Of a stretch of DNA of 64,000 bases, positions 23,110 to 34,561 are shown piece by piece. How positions within the stretch are numbered: the first letter of the stretch is position 1; each line of letters begins with the position of its first letter. The notes under the pieces are model-generated. The model saw only the letters and a list, made by a program, of their open reading frames with translations, did not search any database and was not told the origin of the DNA. This DNA is from Patellaria atrata CBS 101060 (taxonomy: Eukaryota). The stretch lies in assembly GCA_010093705.1 (NCBI GenBank), contig MU006093.1, positions 827,301-891,300 of the forward strand. The letters run 5' to 3'. A program made the translations under genes and the position numbers.

Positions 23110-24711
23110 CAACTAAGAATCCACTTGGGGGGTTTTCATGAGTGGTTCGCGAGATGCCGTAAGCCAGCGAAAAAAAGGTCGCTGCACGGGCCGCGAGCCG
23201 GGTGAGCTTGACCGAGACAAAAATAAACCGCCCCCCCTAGTCCCCCGTCTCCCCGAAAACCCCCTAACCCTTTCAGCCCTACAGCATAACCGGCTACCTA
23301 ACCTTAGTGAGTAGTGGACCCCCCTAGGGACCGGATGGCGTCTCAGCGACCAATCGTCACCGCTTCTACGCTTGTTCCGTGGAGTCACTCTCACATGGAT
23401 GTCACGCACCGTCTTTTCCTCAAGGAGTCTAAACGGGAATCCGCTCTGTAAATTCGACCCTCATTCGGACACCAGAGGCTGTGCGTCACGAAAGGGTCTG
23501 TGCGGATTTAGTAACTGGGTGATTATGGCGACCTGTAACTTTCATGACCGACTTGTGACGAAAGAGACCTGGGGAGAGCTGGTGAAGCTTTAGGTTCCCG
23601 CAAGTCAATTCGTTGAAACCTGCGGTACATGGCGGAGGGGCTCTGTTCGATGATGAGTGGCGAGTGGGGTTAGCTGTTTGATACTTTTGTATCAATTGAC
23701 GGCCCCTCAAAGCTGGTTGGTCGAATATTTTGATTAATTTCTGTTTTTGCGTGGATACTTTTATTCGAAAATCTCTCGATCCTGTGACTGTTTCTTGGGG
23801 TCAGGATAATAGACTATTGGAGTAGTATTAGGAACGTTTATGGCGTTACTAATGACGCACACAACAACACCAAGGGCAGATGCTTGAGGCTGAGTGCAGG
23901 TAACTAGTCCGATTGGCAATATTTTAGCAGCAAATTATTTCTTTCTACTGTATTCGATGACTTTGAGAGAAAAGACTGCTAAAAGACTACTAAATCTACG
24001 CTTACCTATCACATCCACGCCTTTTCGTCAAAACGCTCTACACACCGCACTTGGCAGGAATCTTTGCCGGAGTCCCCGACCATACACCGTCTATCATTAA
24101 TTAACGGCTTAGTACACATTCACGACATTCTGAAGACTTTCAAGGGACAGTACGAGCTTCTGATCTTCGGTTTTCGCTAATCGCGCATTAATCGCATCTC
24201 TGACTCGTAGTAGGATTATTGGTATCACCCACAATTCACAAAGAAAGATATGTTTTCCGGCAAGGATCGAAAAACCACACCACCGTCGTGACATTCACTC
24301 TCAGCGCACAAGTACAGGCTTAGGCGATGTGACTGATCACATTCGGAGAATTTCCGAGCACATGCTACGCCATGTTATACCACGTTGCACCAAAGGAATG
24401 ATTCATCTGGAGTGTAATATTCTGGAAAGGGGTCCCCACGAGCCTCATCAGCGACCCTGCATCGCCCGTACAAAAGACAATGCGCTGCAATTGTGCTGCA
24501 GCACATCCATGGAGAGACTAAATTGCCGATGCATGACTTTGTCATACTCGCTGAGAGAGTTCAATAGCACCCTTCGTACCTGCATTTGAGCGCCCTTTCA
24601 CAACGTCCTACCGGTTCGTCCCGCATCCGACGGATCATAGTGCAACCAAAGTAGGCACCGAGCATCCTTACCGATGACACATAGTCGGAAATTTTTGCTG
24701 CGCAGCGAAGC
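23110..24711 (+). ncRNA. TER: Candidate telomerase RNA (ends approximate)
   Basis: Template CCCTAACCCT 23262-23271; adjacent helix 23125-23137/23255-23267; many helices with plus-strand G-U pairs; three-way junction 24444-24557 with a short P6.1-like hairpin; Sm-type site AAATTTTTG 24689-24697; no credible ORF. Pseudoknot not unambiguously assigned. Confidence 0.65.
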
Positions 24712-24896
24712 GTAATACTACTTTGAGATGTGAGCCGGAATTATGATTCACGAGTCGAAAGGAGCTTGACCGGAACATGCGAAATCATACGATTACAAGC
24801 TGCTTCATTCTATCAGGGCTGTTCAGCAAGAGGAGTGAACTGGCATTGAAGAGGTCTGTTCAGTAGTTGAAAACCCCACGGTCGATTCTCTGCTCA

Positions 24897-26125
24897 TCAG
24901 CCTGCTGTGTGAGCGATGTAGTACTGTGAATTGTCAATTTGATGTCGAAAATGCCTAACGAACACAAGAAAGAATACCGTAAGCACAGAAGAATCTTCTT
25001 CCTCTTCTTCGCTTTGCAAATAGACATACAACACGATAGCATGCTTGTCACATACGCCTATCCATCGTCAGTCATTTTGATCGGAAAACATTTCGTTTGT
25101 CTTTATTCACAAGCAATCACACGCCCACTAAGCTTCCCTATGGACAAAACCTTTGACAGGTCTTTCCCATCTATTCTCACGGAAGCCCACCCCTCGAGAC
25201 TCTTACCGTCGGCAGACCCCTTTTGCTTCATGATGGTGCTTGGATGGTTAGCGATGCCTTCTTCTCCCCCTTCTACCTGAGTAGGATCTAGTTCAGGATT
25301 AGAAAGTTCGGTCCAAAGGCAAGAAATATTCTGAGGATCCGTAACAACACTTAGTCGAAGACATCCATGCATGTTAGCCTCGAAATTGATGATCGGCCTG
25401 TTCTGACGACCACTACGAGAAACAGTATCCCGTATGGCTATCTGAGTGAATTGGTCTGAAATGCTCTTCAGGGCCTTCAAGTTGGGTAGTTGGATGTGTA
25501 CATCAGGATCTGGACATCGAGGCTCATGGATATTTGCTACTGTCTCCGGGCTTAATACTCGGATTGGGATCTGCTGGTTGATCTCATGAGTTCGATCTGT
25601 ATTGCCGGTGGTTTGAAGGTCAACGGTTTGACCATCGCCATCGAACTGGTCATTGAATGAGCTGCCAAATGTACCGGAAGAACCGCTGAGCGATGTTATC
25701 TTCAAACATAAAATCGGCTGGTTGCCAACTTTGGTAAGACGAAGTTCAGCAGCTACGGCATTCAGGGCGGATTTGAGCGCAGCTGTAAGTTGTCCAATTG
25801 GGATTTCAAGATTGATAACGTTGTCAGCTTGTGATACGATGGTGTACTGGTCAAACACGGTGTTCTAGCACCTCTTTAGTTTTATTTCCTGATAACAGTC
25901 ACTCTAGACGTACGATGCTAAGCACACTGAATACTTATCAGTTGATAGAACTATAACCAAGAGAGAAGTCACTCACGCCCAAACCTGCGAGCCTTGCTCG
26001 GGTATGATGGTGAATCTGATATCATCTAAGCTCAATCTGACCCAACATATGCTCCCTATGGAAGTAAGTGCAGACACCAGCTTGTAGAAAGTATTGATAT
26101 TCTGGACATCTGCCTTAAAGCGCAT
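24897..26125 (-). CDS. HUS1: 9-1-1 checkpoint clamp subunit Hus1
   Basis: MRFKADVQNINTFYKLVSAL...RFTIIPEQGSQVWA-VLSI-NTVFDQYTIVSQADNVINLEIP...EPRCPDPDVHIQLP...ANMHGCLRL...HAIVLYVYL...SSVLT-YYI. Five exons including a 13-nt micro-exon. Confidence 0.9.
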
Positions 26126-26141
26126 GATGGTTGAATAGGGT

Positions 26142-26161
26142 ACGCGTTGCTAAAGACGCGT
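26142..26161. promoter_or_regulatory. Two MCB (ACGCGT) boxes upstream of HUS1
   Basis: ACGCGT at 26142-26147 and 26156-26161, 17-36 nt upstream of the HUS1 ATG. Confidence 0.55.
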
Positions 26162-26595
26162 AGAGCTTTCTTCGGTAGTTGACGAATCAGTAGCGATGAG
26201 TGCACGGTCTCTATGAGAGGTAATTATCACCTCAGTGACCTCACAAGCTCAGCTAGCTTTTGACCTGCCTTTTTGTTCGTAAGGAGGGGCATCGATTCAC
26301 GGACACAGCCAGTTTTTCGCTGCATCACGGTTCAAATTAATGAAGCCTCTCGGTTGCTAAGCATCGTCCAGTCGGCCCTCGATGCTTCGCAAGCTTTGCT
26401 TGATTGAGCCTGGATAGGATAAGCTTGTATGCATCATGATCGACCCGAGGCAGCACCCAGCTTGGATCGTCCTTCATATGAGACTTTTAGATGGTGTTTC
26501 TATCTTCTCACTTAAATGGCTTTCCCTCCTCGTAGGTGGTATTTCTTCGATTCCGTGTTTGCTACTCCACTACTGTATATTTAAACCTTTTCAGT

Positions 26596-28367
26596 ATGGC
26601 TCAGAAGGTCCATCCCTTGATTATAGCAATTCTTGTCTCTATATTTGAAGCGTGCATTCTTATTTATCTCTACAAATACCTAGGTCGCAATGACATATCG
26701 TTTACATATGCTTTTCTCTTTTCTTGTGCTGTCAATCTTGCCTTATGGATTGTCTACATTACCCAGATCTACCCAAACTTTATCAGTCCGTTACGCCATC
26801 TACCTAGTCCTTCCGTAAGTCTCCAAAACCCATAGACTGGAATATGAATTGATAGAGGAAGGGAGCTTGGCCGTTCCTAGGCCACATGTACGTTGCTTTT
26901 TCGAACCCTCCAGGACAGAACCTCCAGGAATTCGCTGCAAATATTCCTAACAATGGGATCATTTATTTCCAAGGGCTTTTCAAGGGTGACAGAATCCTAT
27001 TAACAGATTCAAGAGCTCTTGCAGATGTACTGGTGCATAATGCTTATGATTTCGAAAAACCGAACAAAGCTCGCGTCTTTTTACGGCGTATCTTAGGCGA
27101 TGGATTGATCCTCGTAGAAGGAGATCTTCACCGATTCAACAGAAAACATCTTATGCCAGCTTTCAGTTTTCGCCATATTAAGGAACTCTATCCCATCTTT
27201 TGGAAGAAGTCGATCGAACTGACCCAGGCCGTAGAAGGGGAAATCAGGCACAAACGTGCGACTGAAAACAAGGAGAAATTTACAGATGATACCGACGTCG
27301 AACTTAAGGAGTGGGCGAGCAAAGTTACATTTGATATAATAGGTGATGCGGCTCTTGGGCGCGACTTCAACACCCTCTGGAGTCCAGATGATCCGTTGAC
27401 CAGTATTTATCACGAAGTTACTAGACCAGACTTAGGGAAAAACATACATTTCTTGCTTAATCTTCTTGGGCCACAAAAGCTGGTGTCTTTACTACCAATC
27501 AAGGAGGAGCTCCTTCTGAGAAAGAATAGTAAAGCATTAAGAGAACATTGCCGTGAGTTACTGCGGGAAAAGAAAGAGCGTATGAAATTGGAAAGCTCGG
27601 AGCATGTCGATATTCTTTCTATCCTGATCAGGAGCAATGACTTCGCTGACGATATGCTCATTGATCAACTCCTTACGTTCCTCGCGGCAGGGTTAGTGCA
27701 ACTCACTTGATATCGAAAAGACTCCTTACTGACCAAATACAGACACGAGACTACCGCAGCAGCATTCACCTGGGCCGTCTATCTCCTTTCCATCCACCCA
27801 TTCATCCAAACCAAGCTCCGCGAAGAACTCTTCGCCAACATGCCCGAACCCTACTTCCAAACCAACCCCTCCAACCCTCAAAGCCTCTTCGCCCTTCTCG
27901 ACTCCCTCCCCTACCTCAACGCCATCTGCTCCGAATCCCTCCGCCTCTACCCCACCGTCCCCATCACCCTCCGCGATGCCGTCCGCCCCACCAAGATCCT
28001 GGACCAGCACATCCCCGCCGGCACCCAGGTGGTCGTCTCGCCGTGGGCCATAAACCGCAACCCGCACCTCTGGGGCCCGCGCGCGACCGAGTTCGTCCCC
28101 GAGCGCTGGATCGACGGCAGCGGCCAGGCGAACAACACCGGCGGCGCGACGAGCAATTATAGCAATTTGACGTTCTTGCATGGGTCGAGGAGCTGCATTG
28201 GGCAGGGGTTTGCGAGGGCGGAGTTGAGGGCGCTAGTGGCGGCGTGGGTGGGAAGGTTTGAGATGCGGATGGCGGATCCGACGGAGACGGTGGTACCGAG
28301 TGGGGTTATTACGATTAAGCCGAGAGATGGGCTAAGGTTGAGGTTGAGGCCTGTGGTGAGGAGTTGA
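26596..28367 (+). CDS. Cytochrome P450 monooxygenase
   Basis: N-terminal TM anchor, SPLRHLP, I-helix FLAAG|HETT across intron 27692-27741, ESLR (ExxR), PERW, heme motif FLHGSRSCIG. First intron from 26815 to ~26861. Confidence 0.93.
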
Positions 28368-28966
28368 GGGAGTTGGGTCTGTATGGTTGATCTGCTTGAG
28401 GATACTGTAGAGTGCTTAGTCATAGGGTTATGATATCATGAGAGAAGTTCCTCTGTGATATATCCAGCCGTAGATATATAAGTTTGCGGTTCATTAATAA
28501 AGATCAGAGGAGAAATTTGCATTAGCAGTCATCAAAAATCTCCTCATTTCAATATAGCTTCAAACAGACCACACGACAAATAAACCAACCAAAAGAAACA
28601 TCCCAAGTCCCACAACTCCTCCTTCCCCCCCATCCACCCAGTCTACGACAAACCACGTGCCTCTACGGGAGCCGGTAACCCAACGCGGTCGCACCCGCTC
28701 CCTCGTTCCCCTAGCAACCGCGTACAACCACCCACTTGATTGGCCAGTTCCAACCTCACGATTCAGCAGACGTTCGACGAAAAATTAAAATTTCCTAGTC
28801 GGGTATAGTCGGCGGGCGGATTTCTATCGCGATATATGAGGGATGTCTGATTGATATCTGGGGATAATGCACCATACTAAGGAAGCAGTGGGGATGTAAT
28901 ATTATTTTACTGTTTATATTGTTAGACGGATCTGAGTGTGTGAGAGGGGTTTGGGTGAATTGGAAT

Positions 28967-29012
28967 TGGGGTTGGGGTTGGGGTTGGGATTGGGATTGAG
29001 ATTGGGATTGAG
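28967..29012 (+). repeat. Hexamer microsatellite (GGGGTT)3 grading into (GGGATT)n
   Basis: TGGGGTTGGGGTTGGGGTTGGGATTGGGATTGAGATTGGGATTGAG read directly. Confidence 0.85.
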
Positions 29013-32000
29013 CGGGATGTATGGTGGATGTTGTTTTTCGAGTGGCCGGGAAGCGGATGGCCTGACGTGGCACAACCACACACAGAGGTAGTTGAAAAGT
29101 TAATGGAGACTTGAAATATCATCTCATCTGCTATTTTCGCTTTATGACTGTATGTCCTATTACAAGCATCGGTATAAAGATTCGAATATTGAGGATAAGT
29201 GAACGGGGAAGGAAATAGAAATGTCTAAGAAATGGTGGTACTGGTTTGTCCTGTACTTAACATATTTAATAAGTGATAACGCCTCCAATGACGAAAAAGG
29301 GGGGACTGGTTGCGGAGATAGGGTTGTAGTATCTGGCCGTCCGTCTACTCTGTGCTCTTTATCTGTAGTTAAACAAAATAATGGATAGAAAATGGCAAGG
29401 CTATAAGTCTGGTCTTAAGAGATTCGTAGAGCTTTCCCAGCTTAGAGTGACATAGATATTTCGTTATGGGCCGCGAAGACTTGAAGCGAACTTAAAAATG
29501 ACGTCTTGACCCGGAGCAAGGAAAGTATAATACTGTTTATACGTAGATTGTTGACACGTCAACCAGTGATACGGTCCTGCATTTTGCTCATATTCTCACC
29601 AAATCTCACGGGGACAGCACAAATCGCTAGGGCACCAGCATATATAAATCTAGTGCATTCGTAGTGGACGGTTTGAAACCTGTTCCGTGCACCTGGGTTG
29701 CAGGTCGTGAAATACAGTATCCTGATCATTCGATAAGAATATTCCCGGAAGGGGGATGCAGACACAAAGCGACACAAGAGAGATTCAATGAGTTGGATGA
29801 GCTTCTACAACCTGGATTGAAGCTCTCCCTGAATCGAGTAATTAAGAAGTGGTTGAAGGGAAATATCTAAAGCCTCTCAAGCTCATCAGGATACATGACA
29901 AAATATTATAAACATGCGCCAGCAAAAATGCGGAACAAATATAAGATTAAATTATTCTTAGAATCAAATAATAAAGTGAAACCCGTGCTACATCAGCAAG
30001 CGGACCGAAAGAGTTGACGAAGATAGATTGGACGGGTTTCGAGCTTCAGACCTTAAAATTTTCAACGAAGAACATGAACAGATCTTTCTACTTGATCATG
30101 GATGCAGCTCTTTGAGGTCAAGCGAGTCGTTTTGCAGTATGGAGACTTGGTTTGAAGGGTATATCTAAGGGTAATTATTCGAAAACGAAAAGAAATTCTA
30201 TATTATGTGACCGTCTAGAGTGATATTTTTCCAGAACTATTTTAAAGAAAGAGAAACCAGATTAATGAAAACCTATTATTTAATTTTTCATCGTCTTCTA
30301 AGTCCATGTTGGAGCTATCTTTCTTGCTATCGAATATGCTTAATCTTTTTCTAGATCAGAACTTTTCAAGGGAAGGCCGTCTATAGAAAAGAGCGACAGT
30401 CGGATAGAGAAAGAAGAACGGTACTCCACCAATGATAAACTGTTTTTATCATATTAGGAAATACTGGGTGAATTTTGTTAAAAATCTAGCCTTCTATTCG
30501 AAACTAGTTCGAATAATTAAGGTGCATATACGATTGACGTGCTCCCCAGTTCGTATCGGAAAACGTCAGGCGTTTAGAAGAACATCGACCTCGTCCTTAA
30601 TTCTTGTAACGGAATGTACGGATGCTCGATATTCGAAGGTTGTGCAGCTAGCTCGTGTTCAAATAATATGTTTGCCAATCCAAAAAGGCTCAACTGCCAC
30701 TCTTTCTGATGAGTGTGAAGTAAATGAAAGATACTTATCTTTTCTCTAAATTCATATTAAACTCCGGTAGGGATACTTCCTGCTTATGTTATATGTGTCG
30801 TAGACTGTGAGAATAAGAACTGAGTAGAAGAATATTTGACGTGCTTTGGTGGAGATTAACTAAACAATAACTGAGAGCCTCATCCAGAGGACGGGGAACA
30901 CAAAATACAAATGCGGTGATGGAGGATTGACCAGTGTAGCAATATTTCCAGTTCCAGTAGTATGATCTTCTCAGAAGATCAAGGGTGTACCGGTGTGGTT
31001 GTGCTAGATATAAGCCAGCCTCGTCCGGACGCATCGTCGAGAATCGAGATGAACAAAAGTTGGTGCCTACGCAGGTATATGGAGTACTAGGGCGTAAGAC
31101 GGAGAATCTATTTTCGATCCGTATACATGATTTGAGGATTGCGAAGCGTTAGTTCTTTGAGCTGGGAACCACAAGGCTATGAGGGACTCATTTCCACCAA
31201 GTCCTTGTACTCCATACTGATACAGTTGTCCGAGTTCAGTTTTGGGCTGAGTCTTGCGAGGACTTTATCGGTATGGATCCGATGTTGAATTAATGCCTTT
31301 TGTTATTAATTCAGGCGCGTAGAATTTTCATCGTAAGATGGTTGAAGTTGGTGGGGAGGTGAAGCTATAGTATTCCTCAGGAAGCTCCCCTTGCTCGTTG
31401 GGGGCCGATATGTACGCTTCTTTTGACGTCCAACAAGTCCTTAAGAGGACAATTATAGAGACGGACAGTAATGACAATATTACTCGTTCACCGGATTCAT
31501 CGGAATCAATTTATTCTACATGAGCCACATTAGCAAATGGTCCAGTAACTTGAAAGCTTGGAATCGGAAATCATGTTCTCGTCCCATCTCGGCCAACGGC
31601 TGCACGGCAGGCAGAACTTTCGTAATTGAATCTAGCAAATGTGAAATATCAGAGCCAAAGCCACATAACTCGTATACTTCCATCCATCATGATGATCGTC
31701 CAATGATGTTGTGATAGGTATTCAGCTACGGGTCATGCGCCTGATGTCCACAAGGCTTCACGTGGAATGAGCAGAATCGATGAGTGCTCTGGTTGGACGA
31801 TGAGGTCAGCCAGGGATATGAAACCTCTTGCAAAGGCTTAAAGTCGTCGCTGTTCCAGCTCTGAGCCACTCATCGTCCGCTACACGAGAATATTGACCGG
31901 CATCCATCATGCTGTGATGCTCTGATGCGCTGCAGGTTTGGACTAATTAGTTCATCTCAAAAGGCTGCCATAACCCGGCTTGAAGACTTGCTGAGAACGA

Positions 32001-32242
32001 AAGAAGCTCGTCGAACTTTTCGTTTGATTTCTCTTCTCAGTGAACTTTGTGTGAATCTTGTGACTAGGAACATACATAGTCCCGTCCAGTCTCTGTCACA
32101 TTATCTTGGACAACGAAGTGCTTCCTTGGCCACTTCCTTGCGTCGTCATCAGCGTATTTGCTATAACTTTAAACACGCAGCTCTAGCATCGTCTACCTCT
32201 TACCTACCTTCATACAACTTCTACACTTCTCCGACAGAAACA

Positions 32243-32868
32243 ATGGCCTTCAACTTTACCTTACCGTTGCGCATCGTGCAAATACTTTTCAGCGTCATAG
32301 TGCTAGGACTACTCGCTTATGGTATGTACTATCCTGTTGCCGCAGCTCGACTGCTATGTCGGTTTATCGTCGACCAACGCTGACTAGAATCCAGTCGCAA
32401 ATTGGTGGAATCAATTCTGGTGGACATCATCGCCATCTGAAATCAACTTCCTCATCTTCTGCAGCATCTGGACACTCCTCGCGCTCGTATACCTGATCAT
32501 CGCACCATGGAAATTCCCAGTTGCAGCCCACAAGTTCGCCATCCTCGGAGTAGAGGTTGTGACGATGATCTTCTGGTTTGCAGGTTTCATCGCTCTTGCT
32601 GCCTTCTTGGGTAACGGTAGAGAATGCCGAGGAAGTGTTTGCAACAGTGCTAGAGCTGGCGTCGCATTTGCGGCCTTCGAATGGTATGTATCTCTGATAC
32701 AGCCTTGTATCGATTTCGGCAGCTGATTCTTGATATCATAGGCTTCTCTTCACGGCCACGACTGTTATGGCTGTTCTCCATGTCTACCGCACTCGTAACA
32801 CTCATAACAACGAGCCTCCAGCGGAGATGCAAGTGCCAACCACTACTACGACTCCCAAGGTTGGTTAA
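32243..32868 (+). CDS. MARVEL-domain four-helix membrane protein
   Basis: Exons 32243-32321, 32395-32683, 32742-32868: LRIVQILFSVIVLGLLAY...SPSEINFLIFCSIW...EVVTMIFWFAGFIALA...C...C...RAGVAFAAFEWLLF. Confidence 0.88.
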
Positions 32869-33499
32869 GAGAATCGCCGCGATGATGATACCCAAGTTTG
32901 ATGGGAGCTGTGTCTCTTATTAGACTGAAAGTTGGCGTTGTTTAGAAAGACTATGGTCTCCTTGAATTAATACCCAACTCTGATGAGGACGGGGGTTTCC
33001 GGTTCAATCTTTATTACGATACCAATGCCTTTGGTGGGCTGCTATGGCTTATGCTTTACCTTGCTAGATAATTGAAATCTTAATTTCAACTCACTCGGAG
33101 CTTCACCTATGACGTTTCCTGTGGCTGCATAACACTAATGCGCATTGCTAACTTCTCAGGGATAGATTCGCGTAACTGGATACTTAAAATTCTGAATGTG
33201 TATTTGCATATATGAATGATATTCAGGTCAGAGTAGAGTAATAGACAAGCTAAGACTGCTGCTTCGTACAAAGGAAGGACAGACGGGAACACAACAAGCG
33301 GATGACAAATGCGGGCAGAAATGGAAAGTCGGGGAACACGCCAGCTCGACCGCCTAGCTCACCATATCTACTTCAACATCTTTTGCCTCCCAGCTCACGA
33401 TGTCTAGCATTCTTCAACACTCCGACTATTCTAGCATACTCTCATACGACTACAAGATACCCTAGAAACCCCCGAACTATAAGACATACTAGGAGAGCA

Positions 33500-34561
33500 A
33501 TGGCGGAAGCTACAGATCAAATCACCACCCCATCGTCATCGTCGGACGAGCTCCAACTCACAATAACCCACCACGGCACACCTCACATCTTCACCCTCCC
33601 CTCCACCTCCACAATATCCGACCTCTCCACCGCGATCTCCAACGACCTCTCTATTCCCTCCTCGCACCAAAAACTCCTAATAACGCCACGAGTCGGCCTC
33701 CTCCGCGCCCCCTTCAAAGACCCCACCCTCCCCCTCTCAACCCTCACCTCGAAAAAGATCCTCCTGATGGGCAGCACAGCCGCCGAAGTATCTCAAATAA
33801 CCAGCGCCAGCACAACGTCCCACGAACAATCCCTCCGCCGCGCAGCCGGTGGGCCCATAAAACCCGCCACACCCTCCCGGACACACAACCTGACCCGCAC
33901 CCTCGAAGAAGCCCAATACACCTTCCACACCCTGCGCCCCCTCCCCTACCTCCCAGACCCATCGCGCTCCCTAGCCCTCCTCTCGCGCCTGCGCTCCGAC
34001 CCAGGCATCAAAGCCACCATGCGGCGACATAAATTCTCCGTGCCTCTCCTCACGGAAATGGACCCCGCAGCCCACACCACGCACGCCTCCCGGACGTTGG
34101 GTCTAAACCGCAACCGGGGCGAAGTGATCGAGCTCCGTCTCCGCACCGACGCCGGAGACGGGTATCGGGATTATAAGACGATCAGACGGACGCTGTGTCA
34201 CGAGCTCGCGCATAACGTGTGGGGGGAGCATGATGGGAGGTTCTGGGAGCTGTGTCGGAGGATCGAGAGGGAGGTTGAGAGGGATGATTGGACGAGGGGC
34301 GGGAGATCCGTTGGAGAAGAAGTGTTTTATGAACCCGATGTTGTGGCGGATCATGGGGGGTGGACTGGGGGGGAGTTTGTGCTTGGAGGGGGGAATGTTG
34401 TTGTGGGGGGTCAGACGGGGAGGGTGGAGGGAGGTGCTGATGGTGGGATGAGTAGGAGGGATATCTTGGCTAGAGCGGCGGAGGAGAGGGCGAGGGCTGG
34501 GAAGAGGGCGGAGCAGGAGGGTGGCGCTCAGGAGGGAAAGAAACCGGAGGGGACTGCGTAG
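33500..34561 (+). CDS. Ubiquitin-like plus WLM (Wss1-family) zinc metalloprotease
   Basis: N-terminal UBL-like segment (LTITHHG...QKLL...KILLMGS), LGLNRNRGEVIELRLRTD, HELAH zinc motif, HDGRFWEL. Intronless. Confidence 0.9.
   Translation: MAEATDQITTPSSSSDELQLTITHHGTPHIFTLPSTSTISDLSTAISNDLSIPSSHQKLLITPRVGLLRAPFKDPTLPLSTLTSKKILLMGSTAAEVSQITSASTTSHEQSLRRAAGGPIKPATPSRTHNLTRTLEEAQYTFHTLRPLPYLPDPSRSLALLSRLRSDPGIKATMRRHKFSVPLLTEMDPAAHTTHASRTLGLNRNRGEVIELRLRTDAGDGYRDYKTIRRTLCHELAHNVWGEHDGRFWELCRRIEREVERDDWTRGGRSVGEEVFYEPDVVADHGGWTGGEFVLGGGNVVVGGQTGRVEGGADGGMSRRDILARAAEERARAGKRAEQEGGAQEGKKPEGTA

Noticed and set aside
23430..23570. Group I intron, RNase P/MRP or SRP RNA interpretation of the structured region
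   Set aside because: Only a Q-like AATCCGC is present. No R/S elements, no RNase P/MRP CR-I/CR-V motifs and no SRP helix-8 motif were seen.
23821..24722. Perfect 10-bp long-range complement AGTAGTATTA/TAATACTACT
   Set aside because: About one such match is expected by chance in a region this size, so it was not counted as evidence.
26596..28367. P450 as part of a secondary-metabolite cluster
   Set aside because: No PKS, NRPS, terpene synthase or other tailoring genes in the window.
28841..28850. GGATGTCTGA resembling the U14 snoRNA 3' end
   Set aside because: No box C or U14 domain A/B sequences upstream.
33302..33499. 66-aa N-terminal extension of the WLM ORF
   Set aside because: Looks like promoter/5' UTR. 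The ATG at 33500 has a good context and precedes the UBL domain.
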